DNA of 64,000 bases, from positions 534-64,533 of the forward strand of contig VGBI01000003.1 of NCBI GenBank assembly GCA_016870595.1, given 5' to 3'. Of this stretch, positions 25,519 through 37,132 are shown one piece after another (the stretch's first letter is position 1; every line of letters begins with the position of its first letter). This DNA is from Actinomycetota bacterium (GTDB lineage Bacteria > Actinomycetota > Acidimicrobiia > IMCC26256 > PALSA-555). The position numbers and the translations under genes were made by a program. The notes below the pieces were generated by a model. That model saw only the letters and a program-made list of their open reading frames with translations, had not been told where the DNA came from and made no database searches.

Positions 25519-26919
25519 ATGGCACTGGTGCTCGGCGTCGAGATGTCGGCGCTCTCCACCAAGGTCGCGCTACGGGACACCGACGACGGTCGGCTGCTCG
25601 TCGCCGGGCAGGCGGCCCACGACGGCGCCCGCCCCGGGCACCGCGAGGACGTCGACCCCCGGCGCTGGTGGCAGGCGATCGTCGACGCGCGTCGCGACGC
25701 CGGCGGGGCGCTCGGGGTCAACGCGCTCGCGGTCGCGGCCCAGTCCGACGGGCTCGTCCTGCTCGATCGCGACGGCGGACTCCTGCGCCCGGCTCTGCTC
25801 GGTGGGGACGCGGCGATGCAGGTGGACGCCGAATGGCTGATGCGCGATCTCGGCGGCCCCTCGACCTGGGTGGGTGCATGTGGAGCGCTCCCCGATCCGA
25901 CGCACGCGGTGGTGAAGCTGGCCCACCTGCGCTACCACGAGCCCGACCTCTTCGGGCAGCTGGGCATGGTGCTCCTCCCACACGACTACCTCACGCACCG
26001 GATGGTCCGGCGCTTCGTCACCGATCGGGGTGACGCCTCGACCACGGGGTACTGGTCGCCGCGCGAGAATCGGTGGCGCCCCGACGTCCTCCGGGTCGTC
26101 GACGACTCGGTCGACTGGGGACGCTGCCTGCCCGAGGTGCTCGGGCCGCTCGAGCCGGCGGGCGACCGGGAGGGCGTGGTGGTCGCGCCGGGCACCGGGT
26201 CCCAGCAGGCCGCGGCGCTCGGGGTGGGCATGCGCCCCGGCGACGTCGCCCTCGCGCTCGACCGCTCGGGGATCTGCTTCGCGGCGCGCGAGCGTCTCAC
26301 GGAGGACCCGACCGGTCGGGTCGCCGACCGGGCCGACGCCACCGGCCGGTTCCTGCCGACCGTGCGCACGCTGCGGGTCCGCAACGTGATGGAGGTGCTG
26401 GCCCAGCAGGTCGGGCTCGACCTCGACTTCCTCGACCAGCGCGCGCTGTCGGCCCCGCCCGGGGCCGGTGGGGTGCGCTGCCACCCCTACCGAGAGCTCG
26501 ACGACGCCAGTGGTCGTCCCCCGGGTCCGGGGGCGCTCACCGGCCTCGGCCCCGACGTCGGCCCCGAGCACGTGGCCCGGGCGCTGGTGGAGGGCGTGGT
26601 CTGCGAGCTGCTCAACGCGCTCGACGCGCTCGACGCCGCCGGGGTGCCCAAGGGCGGGCGACTCTGGGTGATGGGATCGGCGGCCCGGTCGGCGGCGTTC
26701 GGGCGGGTGATCGCCGACCTGGCCCAGCGACCGGTGAGCGTGCCCCGCCAGGCCGACGCCGTCTGCCTGGGCGCAGCGATCCAGGCCGCCGCAGTGCTGC
26801 ACGGCGTCGCCCCCGACGCGGTGGCCGACGCCTGGGGGCTCGGTGCGGCCCGCGAGATCGAGCCCGACCCGCGGGTCGACGGCGCCACGCTGCGCGCCGA
26901 CTACGCCCGGTCGCGCTGA
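25519..26919 (+). CDS. FGGY-family carbohydrate kinase (xylulokinase-like)
   Basis: ATG 25519 within ORF 25405..26919. MALVLGVE..STKVAL N-terminal ATPase motif, GTGSQQAAALG, and C-terminal GSAARSAAF..CLGAAIQAA. Confidence 0.8.
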   Translation: MALVLGVEMSALSTKVALRDTDDGRLLVAGQAAHDGARPGHREDVDPRRWWQAIVDARRDAGGALGVNALAVAAQSDGLVLLDRDGGLLRPALLGGDAAMQVDAEWLMRDLGGPSTWVGACGALPDPTHAVVKLAHLRYHEPDLFGQLGMVLLPHDYLTHRMVRRFVTDRGDASTTGYWSPRENRWRPDVLRVVDDSVDWGRCLPEVLGPLEPAGDREGVVVAPGTGSQQAAALGVGMRPGDVALALDRSGICFAARERLTEDPTGRVADRADATGRFLPTVRTLRVRNVMEVLAQQVGLDLDFLDQRALSAPPGAGGVRCHPYRELDDASGRPPGPGALTGLGPDVGPEHVARALVEGVVCELLNALDALDAAGVPKGGRLWVMGSAARSAAFGRVIADLAQRPVSVPRQADAVCLGAAIQAAAVLHGVAPDAVADAWGLGAAREIEPDPRVDGATLRADYARSR

Positions 26920-27419
26920 GCCTCGTCGCCCGCGAGGCGGGCCCGGCGGGCCCGGTGGAACTCGAGCCCCGAGGTGACGTGCCGGAAGAAGGCGTCGTTG
27001 TCGCGCGAGAGGCGCGCGTGCACCCGCCGCTCGAGCCCGAGCCGGGTCATCCACGGGTTGAACGCCCAGTAGCGCTCGACGAAGTCCATCTTGGTCCGGG
27101 TCTCGCCGATGGGCGTGAGGGTCACGAAGCCCTCGGCCTTCGACCACAGCGGCTTGCCGATGGCGTCGTACTTCCACGACTCGTACGGCCGCACCTGGGT
27201 CACCCACTCCCACGACCGTCCGATCCCGCCGGTGCCCAGCCACTTCGGCACGGGGAAGTGGCAGTGGCGGACCAGTCCCTCGCCGGTGGCATCGCCCGGG
27301 TGGAGGATCTCGATCGTCACCCCGGGGGTCATGGGCTTGTCGGGCCCGTGGTACCAGAACACCTCCCAGATCTGCTCGGGGGTGGCGTCGACCTCGAACT
27401 CGTAGTGGTGCTCCTGCAT
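26901..27419 (-). CDS. SRPBCC (START/polyketide-cyclase-like) family protein
   Basis: 172 aa. EVDATPEQIWEVFW, with typical length and composition. Its 3' end overlaps the FGGY kinase 3' end by 19 nt (convergent). Confidence 0.75.
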   Translation of the reverse strand: MQEHHYEFEVDATPEQIWEVFWYHGPDKPMTPGVTIEILHPGDATGEGLVRHCHFPVPKWLGTGGIGRSWEWVTQVRPYESWKYDAIGKPLWSKAEGFVTLTPIGETRTKMDFVERYWAFNPWMTRLGLERRVHARLSRDNDAFFRHVTSGLEFHRARRARLAGDEAQRDRA

Positions 27420-27465
27420 CGGCGCAGGGTAGAGGACGTGGATCCGGCGCCGCTAGCGTGACGGC

Positions 27466-28857
27466 GTGGAGGTCGCCGACAGCCTGCTCGACCTGGTGGG
27501 GAACACCCCCATGGTCCGGCTCGGTCGCCTGCGCGCGAGCGCCGGCCTGGCCTGCGATCTCGTGGCCAAGGTCGAGCTGTTCAACCCCGGCGGCTCCGTC
27601 AAGGACCGCCCGGCGATCGCGATGATCGACGCGGCCGAGCGGTCGGGGCTGCTCAAGCCGGGGGGGACGATCGTCGAGCCGACGTCGGGCAACACCGGGG
27701 TGGGACTCGCGATCGTCGCCGCCCAGCGCGGCTACCGCTGCATCTTCGTGATGTCCGACAAGATGAGCGACGAGAAGGTCGCGCTGCTGCGGGCCTACGG
27801 CGCCGAGGTGGTGGTGTGCCCCACGGCGGTGCCGCCCGAGCACCCCGACTCCTACTACTCGGTCGCCGACCGGCTGACCCGGGAGACGCCCGACGCGTTC
27901 CGCCCCGACCAGTACTCCAACCCGCACAACCCGGCCGAGCACGAGCGGTCGACCGGTCCCGAGATCTGGCGCCAGACCGACGGTCGCCTCACCCACTTCG
28001 TCGCCGGGATCGGCACCGGGGGCACCATCACCGGGGTGGCCCGCCACCTCAAGGCGTGCAACCCGGCGGTCCAGGTGATCGGGGCCGACCCGGCGGGGTC
28101 GGTGTTCTCGGGCGGGACCGGCCGGCCCTACCTGGTCGAGGGGGTCGGCGAGGACTTCTGGCCGACGACCTTCGACCCGACGCTGCTCGACCGGGTGGTC
28201 GAGGTCAGCGACGCCGAGTCCTTCGCGGCGGCACGGCGGGTCACCCGGGAGGAGGGGCTCCTCATCGGGGGCTCGTGCGGCACCGCGGTGCACGCGGCGC
28301 TGACCGTGGGAGCCGACCTCGGTCCTGAGCACCTCGTGGTGGTGCTGCTGCCCGACAGCGGCCGGGGCTACCTCTCGAAGATCTACAACGACGAGTGGAT
28401 GACCCGCTTCGGCTTCCTCCGCTCGACCGGCCCCACCGCCGGCGACGTCCTCGACGCCAAGCGAGCCGTCGCCGGCTCCGATCTGCCCGATCTCGTGATC
28501 GTGACCAAGACCCAGCCGGCCCGCCGGGCGTTCTCGCTGATGCGGGACCTCGGGGTGTCGCAGGTCGTGGTGGCGGTGACCGACGAGGTGCCGCTCGCGG
28601 CCAAGGAGGTGAGCGGCACCCTGTCGGAGCTCGCCCTCATGGACCGCGCGTTCCGCGACCCTGGCATCCTCGACCGGCCGGCGGGCGAGGTCATGGAGCC
28701 GCCCATGCCCATGGTCGGGGTCGGCGAGACCGTCACCGACGTGGTCGAGGCGCTCGACCGGGGTCCGTCGGTGCTCGTCCTCGACGGGGGCCATCCGGTC
28801 GGGGTGCTCACCCGTCAGGACGTGCTGTCGTTCCTCGTGCGCAAGGCCGGCGCGTGA
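27466..28857 (+). CDS. cbs: Cystathionine beta-synthase (PLP domain plus C-terminal CBS pair)
   Basis: GNTPMVRL, NPGGSVKDRPA, EPTSGNTGVGLA, followed by tandem CBS-domain-like repeats. Confidence 0.9.
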   Translation: MEVADSLLDLVGNTPMVRLGRLRASAGLACDLVAKVELFNPGGSVKDRPAIAMIDAAERSGLLKPGGTIVEPTSGNTGVGLAIVAAQRGYRCIFVMSDKMSDEKVALLRAYGAEVVVCPTAVPPEHPDSYYSVADRLTRETPDAFRPDQYSNPHNPAEHERSTGPEIWRQTDGRLTHFVAGIGTGGTITGVARHLKACNPAVQVIGADPAGSVFSGGTGRPYLVEGVGEDFWPTTFDPTLLDRVVEVSDAESFAAARRVTREEGLLIGGSCGTAVHAALTVGADLGPEHLVVVLLPDSGRGYLSKIYNDEWMTRFGFLRSTGPTAGDVLDAKRAVAGSDLPDLVIVTKTQPARRAFSLMRDLGVSQVVVAVTDEVPLAAKEVSGTLSELALMDRAFRDPGILDRPAGEVMEPPMPMVGVGETVTDVVEALDRGPSVLVLDGGHPVGVLTRQDVLSFLVRKAGA

Positions 28858-30071
28858 GCGGGTTCGAGACCCGGGCCATCCACGCCGGGCAGGACCCCGA
28901 CCCGGTCACCGGGGCCGTGGTGCTGCCGATCTCCCTCGCGACGACGTTCGCCCAGGAGGAGGTCGGCCGCCACCAGGGCTTCGAGTACGCCCGGACGGAC
29001 AACCCGACCCGGCGCGCGCTCGAGGAGTGCCTCGCCTCGCTCGAGGAGGCCCGCTTCGGGTTCGCGTTCGCGAGCGGCATGGCCGCCGAGGACGCGGTCC
29101 TGCGGCGACTGGTGCCCGGCGACCACGTCATGATCCCCGACGACGCCTACGGCGGCACCTTCCGGTTGGTCGCCAAGGTCCTCGCTCCCGCGGGCATCAC
29201 CTGGACCGCGGTCGACCTCACGTCGCCCGAGGCCCTCGCCGCCGCGATGCGGCCCGAGACCCGGGTCGTCTGGGTCGAGACCCCCACCAACCCGATGCTC
29301 ACCGTGGTCGACGTCGCCGCGGTCGCCGAGGTGGCCCACGCCCGGGGTGCGACGGTGGTCGTGGACAACACCTTCGCCACCCCCTACCTCCAGCGGCCGC
29401 TGGCCCTCGGCGCCGACGTGGTGGTCCACTCGAGCACCAAGTACCTCGGCGGTCACTCCGACGTCGTCGGCGGGTTCGTCGCCACCGACGACCCCGCGCT
29501 GGCGGAGCACCTGGGCTTCGTCCAGAACGCCGTGGGTGCGGTGCCCTCGCCGTTCGACTGCTACCTCGTGCTCCGCGGGGTCAAGACCCTCGCCGTGCGC
29601 ATGGACCGTCACTCCGAGAACGCCCGGGCGATCGTCGCGCTGCTCGCCGAGCACCCGGCCGTGGCCCGGGTCTGCTACCCGGGCCTCCCGGCCCATCCCG
29701 GCCACGAGGTGGCCCGCCGCCAGATGCGGGACTTCGGGGGGATGGTCAGCTTCGTGGCCGCCGGGGGCGAGGCCGCCGCCCGCGCGATCGTGGCCGAGAC
29801 CCGCCTGTTCACCCTGGCCGAGTCGCTCGGTGCGGTCGAGTCGCTCATCGAGCACCCGGCCGCCATGACCCACCTGTCGGCGGTGGGGTCGCCGCTCGCG
29901 GTCGATCCGGGACTGGTCCGCATCTCGGTGGGCATCGAGACCGTCGGGGACCTGGTCGACGACCTCCGGCACGCCCTCGACGTGGGTGCGGCCGCCGCGG
30001 CCGACGCGCGCAGCCCGGGGTGGCGATCGGCGTTCGGCCGACGCCGGCGCGTCTCCGACCGCCGCCGCTGA
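28854..30071 (+). CDS. Cystathionine gamma-lyase/synthase (Cys/Met-metabolism PLP enzyme)
   Basis: GTG 28854 overlaps the cbs TGA (GTGA). ETRAIHAGQ, NPTRRALE, HSSTKYLGGHSD (PLP lysine), LAESLGAVESLIEHPA. Confidence 0.9.
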   Translation: MSGFETRAIHAGQDPDPVTGAVVLPISLATTFAQEEVGRHQGFEYARTDNPTRRALEECLASLEEARFGFAFASGMAAEDAVLRRLVPGDHVMIPDDAYGGTFRLVAKVLAPAGITWTAVDLTSPEALAAAMRPETRVVWVETPTNPMLTVVDVAAVAEVAHARGATVVVDNTFATPYLQRPLALGADVVVHSSTKYLGGHSDVVGGFVATDDPALAEHLGFVQNAVGAVPSPFDCYLVLRGVKTLAVRMDRHSENARAIVALLAEHPAVARVCYPGLPAHPGHEVARRQMRDFGGMVSFVAAGGEAAARAIVAETRLFTLAESLGAVESLIEHPAAMTHLSAVGSPLAVDPGLVRISVGIETVGDLVDDLRHALDVGAAAAADARSPGWRSAFGRRRRVSDRRR

Positions 30072-30082
30072 CCCCGATCGGA

Positions 30083-30098
30083 CCGGGCCCCGGCCCGG
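30083..30098. terminator. Possible bidirectional hairpin between the convergent lyase and sdhB genes
   Basis: CCGGGCC-cc-GGCCCGG inverted repeat in the 33-nt gap. No U tract and a very short loop. Confidence 0.2.
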
Positions 30099-30104
30099 AC
30101 GGCC

Positions 30105-30869
30105 TCAGCCCCGTTGGCTGGCGAGGCGGCGCTGCTTGAACTGCGCCTTGATGTAGTCGCGGTTCATGAGCGCGATGAAGTCGATCGAGATCTCCTTCGG
30201 GCACGCGGTCTGGCACTCGCCGTGGTTGGTGCACGACCCGAAGTACCGCTCCATCGTCTGCACCATGTTGGTGACCCGCTCCCAGCGCTCGGGCTGACCC
30301 TGGGGGAGCAGGTTGAGGTGCATGATCTTGGCCGCGGTGAACAGGTTGGCGGCGCCGTTGGGGCAGGCGGCCACGCACGCACCGCAGCCGATGCACTGGG
30401 CGGCGTCCATGGCCGAGTCGGCCACCGCCTTCGGGATGAGGATGAGGTTGCCGTCGGGGGCGCTGCCGGTGGGGGCGGTGATGTAGCCCCCGGACTCCAC
30501 GATGCGGTCGAAGGCGGAGCGGTCGACCACGAGGTCGCGGACGATCGGGAACGACGCCGCCCGCCAGGGCTCGACCGTGATCTTGGCGCCGTCCTGGAAC
30601 TTGCGCATGTGCAACTGGCAGGTGGCGGTCCCGAGCTCGGGCCCGTGGGGCCGCCCGTTGATCATCATCGAGCACGATCCGCAGATGCCCTCGCGGCAGT
30701 CGTGGTCGAAGGCGACGGGCTCCTCGCCCTTGCCGATGAGTCGGTCGTTGAGCACGTCGAAGAGCTCGAGGAACGACATGTCCTCGCTCACCTCGTCGAC
30801 CTCGTAGGTCTCGAACCGACCGGTGGCCGAGGGCCCGGGCTGCCGCCACACCGTGAGCGTGACCTTCAT
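30105..30869 (-). CDS. sdhB: Succinate dehydrogenase/fumarate reductase iron-sulfur subunit
   Basis: CREGICGSC (2Fe-2S), [12 protein letters not shown] (4Fe-4S), [12 protein letters not shown] (3Fe-4S). Confidence 0.95.
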   Translation of the reverse strand: MKVTLTVWRQPGPSATGRFETYEVDEVSEDMSFLELFDVLNDRLIGKGEEPVAFDHDCREGICGSCSMMINGRPHGPELGTATCQLHMRKFQDGAKITVEPWRAASFPIVRDLVVDRSAFDRIVESGGYITAPTGSAPDGNLILIPKAVADSAMDAAQCIGCGACVAACPNGAANLFTAAKIMHLNLLPQGQPERWERVTNMVQTMERYFGSCTNHGECQTACPKEISIDFIALMNRDYIKAQFKQRRLASQRG

Positions 30870-30914
30870 CGTCGTCCGCCTCTCCAGGTTCCGCTGTGCT
30901 GCTTGGCTGCTGCG

Positions 30915-32831
<1,917 letters not shown>

Positions 32832-32832
32832 G

Positions 32833-33588
32833 TCAGTTCACCACTCCCGTCACGACCATCAGGGGCATGCTGACGTTGCCGACGACCACGATCGTGGCGA
32901 ACCCGATCGCGAACATCCGCCGCCAGTCGTTGAACTTGCCGTTGTTCCATCCGAGGCTCTGGAACATGCTCCAGCCGCCGTGGTACAGGTGCACCCCGAG
33001 CGCGAGGTTGGCCACGATGTAGACAATCGCGATCGGCCACCGCTCGAAGCTGTTGATGATGTTCTGGTACACCTCGCCGCTGGTCCACTCGGCGCCACCG
33101 ACGCCCCAGGTCAGGTCCATGAGGTGGTAGATCACGAACAGCGCCACGATCACGCCGGTCCAGCGCATGGTGCGGCTGGCGAAGGTGGCGGCGGCGTAGT
33201 CCCGGGGCGCCTTGTAGCGGTCGGGCCGGGCTCGGCGGTTCATGCGGGTCAGCTGGGCCGCCGACACGATGTGGATCACGACGGCGCCGAGCAGCGCGAA
33301 GCGCAGGATCCACAGCAGGCCGGTGCGGGGCAAAATCGGCTCACCGATCTCCTTGAGCCACTCCGCGTACTGGTTCAGGCTCTTCTCGCCGAAGTACAGC
33401 TTGAGGTTGCCGACCATGTGGGCGAAGACGAAGCCCATGAGCATGATCCCGGTGACCGCCATGAGCCACTTCTTGGCCACGGCCGAGCCGTAGAACTCGA
33501 CGATGAACGGCCGCCGCCGTCCTTCCTTCGGGGCCGGGTGGACCGGCCGCTCCAGGCGGGCCTTGGGCGCCTCGGAGACCTTCGTCAT
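32833..33588 (-). CDS. sdhC: Succinate dehydrogenase cytochrome b (single-subunit dihaem b558-type membrane anchor)
   Basis: Five TM helices with conserved His residues ([31 protein letters not shown]). ATG 33588 is preferred over GTG 33594 because GAGAGGAA lies 8 nt upstream. The stop is 1 nt before the sdhA start. Confidence 0.9.
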   Translation of the reverse strand: MTKVSEAPKARLERPVHPAPKEGRRRPFIVEFYGSAVAKKWLMAVTGIMLMGFVFAHMVGNLKLYFGEKSLNQYAEWLKEIGEPILPRTGLLWILRFALLGAVVIHIVSAAQLTRMNRRARPDRYKAPRDYAAATFASRTMRWTGVIVALFVIYHLMDLTWGVGGAEWTSGEVYQNIINSFERWPIAIVYIVANLALGVHLYHGGWSMFQSLGWNNGKFNDWRRMFAIGFATIVVVGNVSMPLMVVTGVVN

Positions 33589-33602
33589 CGACACTTCCTC
33601 TC

Positions 33603-33629
33603 GTCCCCCCGGACGCCCGTCCGGGGGAC
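33603..33629. promoter_or_regulatory. Strong GC hairpin/palindrome in the sdhC leader and sdhC-ATPase divergent region
   Basis: cccccggac (33606-14) / gccc loop / gtccggggg (33619-27), a 9-bp perfect stem extendable by 2 bp. About 10 nt upstream of the sdhC SD. It is not downstream of any gene, so it is not a terminator. Confidence 0.3.
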
Positions 33630-33804
33630 CGGCTCCAGATGGGATCCCCGGTCACCGGTGGGTGGAAACTCGGGGGAACGCTACCCCTATGCCCCGGCCC
33701 GGGGCGTATTCGGCTGCGGGTAGCGTGCGTCACATGGTCGCCCGTCGGGCCACCGCCCCGGCCCCGGACCGCCGTCCCGGGCCCCCAGCCCAGGAGCGCA
33801 GCTG

Positions 33805-35208
33805 ATGCACCGACCCGGAACCCTCGGCGAACTGCGGGAGCAGGGGTGGGTGTCCCGCCCGGTCAAGCAGGAGCTCCGGGAGAACGCCGTCCGGCGCATC
33901 GCCGCCGGGGAGCCCGTCGTGCAGGGGGTGGTCGGCTACGAGGACACCGTGCTGCCCCAGCTCGAGAACGCCATCCTCGCCAGCCACGACGTGATCCTCC
34001 TCGGGGAGCGGGGCCAGGCCAAGACCCGCATGATCCGCTCCCTGGTCGGGCTCCTCGACGAGTGGATGCCGGTGGTGGCCGGGAGCGAGGTCAACGACGA
34101 CCCGTACCACCCGATCTCGCAGCACGCCCGGGTGCTGGTCGCCGAGCGGGGCGACGAGACCCCGATCGAGTGGGTCCACCGGGACCGGCGGTTCTCCGAG
34201 AAGCTTGCGACCCCCGACACCTCGATCGCCGACCTCATTGGCGAGGTCGACCCGATCAAGGTGGCCGAGGGCCGGTACCTCTCCGATGAGCTCACGATCC
34301 ACTACGGGCTCGTCCCGCGGACCAACCGCGGCATCTTCGCCATCAACGAGCTCCCCGACCTCGCCGAGCGCATCCAGGTGGGTCTGCTCAACGTGCTCGA
34401 GGAGCGCGACGTGCAGATCCGGGGCTACAAGATCCGCCTCGACCTCGACCTGCTCCTGATGGCCTCGGCCAACCCCGAGGACTACACGAACCGCGGGCGG
34501 ATCATCACGCCGCTCAAGGACCGCTTCGGCGCCCAGATCCGCACGCACTACCCGCTCGACGTCGAGCTCGAGATGGACGTCATCGAGCAGGAGGCGCAGG
34601 TGGTCCAGGCCGAGGGCCTGCCCGTGCACATCCCCGAGTTCATGACCGAGGTCGTCGCCGCGGTCAGCCAGCAGGCCCGCCGCTCCCCGCACGTCAACCA
34701 GCGATCGGGCGTGTCGGTGCGGATGTCGATCGCCAACTACGAGACCCTGGTCGCCAACGCCACCCGCCGGGCCCTGCGCAACGGCGAGGACGAAGTGGTG
34801 CCGCGGGTCAGCGACCTCGAGGCGCTCGTGCCGAGCACGGCGGGCAAGGTGGAGTTCGAGACGGTCGACGACGGCCGCGAGGAGCAGATCCTCGACCGCA
34901 TCGTGAAGGCGGCGGTGCTCGAGACCTTCCGGTCGGCGTGCCGGCCCGAGCAGCTGGTCGACCTGGTCCACGGCTTCGACGAAGGGCTCGTGGTGCACAC
35001 GGGTCCCGACGTGCCCGCGTCCGGGTACGCCACCGTCCTCGACGACCTCCCCGCGTTCCACGCGGTGCTGGCCGACCTCGAGGTGGGGGAGAGCCCGGCG
35101 CAGGTGGCCTCCGCGGTCGAGTTCGTGCTCGAGGGCCTGCACCTCGCGAAGCGGCTGAACAAGGACGCCGCCGGGACCCGGGCCACCTACCGGGGCAAGC
35201 CCGCCTGA
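33805..35208 (+). CDS. ChlI/MoxR-like AAA+ ATPase (often mislabelled sigma-54-interaction or Mg-chelatase protein)
   Basis: Walker A LLGERGQAKT, Walker B GIFAINELPDL, sensor region ANPEDYTNRGRIITPLKDRF. Confidence 0.85.
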   Translation: MHRPGTLGELREQGWVSRPVKQELRENAVRRIAAGEPVVQGVVGYEDTVLPQLENAILASHDVILLGERGQAKTRMIRSLVGLLDEWMPVVAGSEVNDDPYHPISQHARVLVAERGDETPIEWVHRDRRFSEKLATPDTSIADLIGEVDPIKVAEGRYLSDELTIHYGLVPRTNRGIFAINELPDLAERIQVGLLNVLEERDVQIRGYKIRLDLDLLLMASANPEDYTNRGRIITPLKDRFGAQIRTHYPLDVELEMDVIEQEAQVVQAEGLPVHIPEFMTEVVAAVSQQARRSPHVNQRSGVSVRMSIANYETLVANATRRALRNGEDEVVPRVSDLEALVPSTAGKVEFETVDDGREEQILDRIVKAAVLETFRSACRPEQLVDLVHGFDEGLVVHTGPDVPASGYATVLDDLPAFHAVLADLEVGESPAQVASAVEFVLEGLHLAKRLNKDAAGTRATYRGKPA

Positions 35209-35239
35209 GCCGATCGTCCGCCGGCGCCGCGGCGTCGGC

Positions 35240-35686
35240 TCAGAGCCCCTCGCGGTCGAACACCCCGCACCCCTGGTTCCAGTAGCGGTTGACCTCGTCG
35301 ATGGCCCGCTTCGTGCGCGGCGCGTCCTGCAGTCGGGCCCGCGTGGCGTCGTCGGGGGCGTCGCGGAACGCCTCGAGCGCAGTGAGGAACCGGGTGGCCT
35401 CGGGCCGGATCGCCGGCGGCGCGGTCGCCACCATGGCCTCGACCCTCACGATCTGACGGTCGACGTCGACCTCGTAGCGCTGGCCCTGGCGCTCGAGCTC
35501 GCGCTCGTAGGCGTTGGCGGCGACGCAGAACGCCTTCGGGGCGGTGGGGGCCTCGGCCTCCGACTGGCGTCCGTACCAGGAGAGCGCCCCGATCACCACG
35601 ACGGCGAACCCGGCCAGGGCCCACGTCCAGCGGCGGGCCCGGCGGCGGGAGTCTCGCTCGGCGACGTCGTCGGGGCCCGGGAGCAT
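35240..35686 (-). CDS. Hypothetical membrane-anchored protein
   Basis: ATG 35686 preferred, because the longer ORF start at 35716 is TTG. One TM (WTWALAGFAVVVIGALSWY) followed by a soluble helical domain. No family recognised. Confidence 0.45.
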   Translation of the reverse strand: MLPGPDDVAERDSRRRARRWTWALAGFAVVVIGALSWYGRQSEAEAPTAPKAFCVAANAYERELERQGQRYEVDVDRQIVRVEAMVATAPPAIRPEATRFLTALEAFRDAPDDATRARLQDAPRTKRAIDEVNRYWNQGCGVFDREGL

Positions 35687-35872
35687 GGCCCCATTGTGCC
35701 GCTCCCGGGATCGCAACCGGCACGCCGGGGCGAGGCTCTAGATTCGGCCCGGGCCCGCCCCGGGGCCCGGCCCCGACCGGTCCGTCTGCGCCGGCGGGCC
35801 TCGTGCAGGAGCATCCGCCGCTTGGCCTCGTCCCCCGACCGCACCACATCCCCGGCGTCGCGCCGCGGCGAG

Positions 35873-37123
35873 GTGTCGCGCCAGGCCCGCCGGGCCCGGC
35901 GCCGCACCCGCGGGATCGTGATCGGCGTGGCGGTCGTCGTCGTGGCGCTGCTCGTGCCGATGGGCGTGTCCTTCGTCTCCGCCCAGACCGACGCCGGGAG
36001 CACGGAGTCGCCGTTCCAGCGCACGGTGCAGTGGGTGCGCCACAACGGGGGGAACGGCCTCGTCAACACGGCCGAGCGCTGGTACTACACGACCCTCGGC
36101 GCCCCCAAGAAGGGTGGACGTCCCGGTGCGGTGCGGGCGATCGGCGTGAAGGAGCAGGCCACGCAGGTCCTGACCCCGGTGACGACGGTCCCCCTGCGGG
36201 CGATCAGCACGCCACCGCCGAGCGCTCCGGTGCCGTCGCCGGCCGCCACGACCGAGCCGGGCGAGGGCACCTGGGTCGCGTCCGGACGCCTGGTCGACGG
36301 CCAGCCTGCGATCTACACCACCTGGGTCCGGCCCGATGCGGTGCGCACCTCCTACTACGTCACCTTGATGTGGATGGACCCGAAGCTGCTCAAGTTCGTC
36401 TACGTGCCCGGGACCAAGCAGCCCGGGGGTGGGCCCAACCCGTGGGGCTCGATGATCCCCGAGGACCAGCGCGGGAGCCTCGTGGCCGCGTTCAACTCGG
36501 GCTTCCAGATGATCCACGCCCGCGGCGGCGCCTCCGTGGCTGGCGAGGAGGTCGTGCCGCTGCGCAACGGCGGGGCGACGCTCGTGGTGAAGAGCGACGG
36601 CAGCGCCGACGTCGGCGTCTGGGGTCGGGACTTCCAGATGAGCCCCGACATCGTGGCGGCTCGGCAGAACCTCGAGCTCCTCCTCGACAACTCCCAGCTC
36701 AACCCCGAGCTGCGCGAGAACGACACCTCGGCGTTCGGCGCGACCGTGGGCAACAACGTCTACGTGTGGCGGTCCGGGATCTGCGTGCTGCCCAACGGCG
36801 GCTTGATCTACGCCGCCGGTCCCGCCCAGAGCGTGCTCTCCCTGGCCAAGACGCTCCAGAGCACCGGGTGCGTCCGGGGCATGCAGCTCGACATCAACCA
36901 CGACTGGACCACGGGGTACCTGTTCTCCTCGCCCGACCCCAACGTCCCCACCAACGTGGTCGGCGAGAAGCTGCACCCGCAGATGTCGCGCGACGGCACC
37001 CGCTACCTCGCGCCGGGCGTCGTGGACTTCTTCGCGCTCTTCGCCGACCCGACCTACCCGACGCCGACGACCACCACGACCACGACCGTGCCGCCCCGCA
37101 CCCCCGCCACGCGCGGGCGGTGA
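35873..37123 (+). CDS. Membrane-anchored phosphodiester glycosidase (DUF2233/NAGPA-like) family protein
   Basis: TM (IVIGVAVVVVALLVPMG), then AAFNSGFQM...GATLVV..DG...ARQNLELLLDN...SGICVLPNGGLIYAAGP...GCVRGMQLDINHDW. The start is uncertain: GTG 35873 was chosen and the ORF opens at 35696. Confidence 0.7.
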   Translation: MSRQARRARRRTRGIVIGVAVVVVALLVPMGVSFVSAQTDAGSTESPFQRTVQWVRHNGGNGLVNTAERWYYTTLGAPKKGGRPGAVRAIGVKEQATQVLTPVTTVPLRAISTPPPSAPVPSPAATTEPGEGTWVASGRLVDGQPAIYTTWVRPDAVRTSYYVTLMWMDPKLLKFVYVPGTKQPGGGPNPWGSMIPEDQRGSLVAAFNSGFQMIHARGGASVAGEEVVPLRNGGATLVVKSDGSADVGVWGRDFQMSPDIVAARQNLELLLDNSQLNPELRENDTSAFGATVGNNVYVWRSGICVLPNGGLIYAAGPAQSVLSLAKTLQSTGCVRGMQLDINHDWTTGYLFSSPDPNVPTNVVGEKLHPQMSRDGTRYLAPGVVDFFALFADPTYPTPTTTTTTTVPPRTPATRGR

Positions 37124-37132
37124 TCCGTCCGC

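Noticed and set aside
33650-33660. A single GGTCACCGGTG unit in the sdhC/ATPase intergenic region as another Pho-type box.
   Set aside because: There is only one unit, with an imperfect core (GTCACC) and no adjacent phased partner. It could easily arise by chance in this composition.
33805-35208. Possible sigma-54-dependent transcriptional activator (a common automatic label for this ATPase type).
   Set aside because: No DNA-binding HTH or GAFTGA-type loop is evident. The pairing with a VWA protein points to a MoxR/ChlI-like chaperone ATPase instead.
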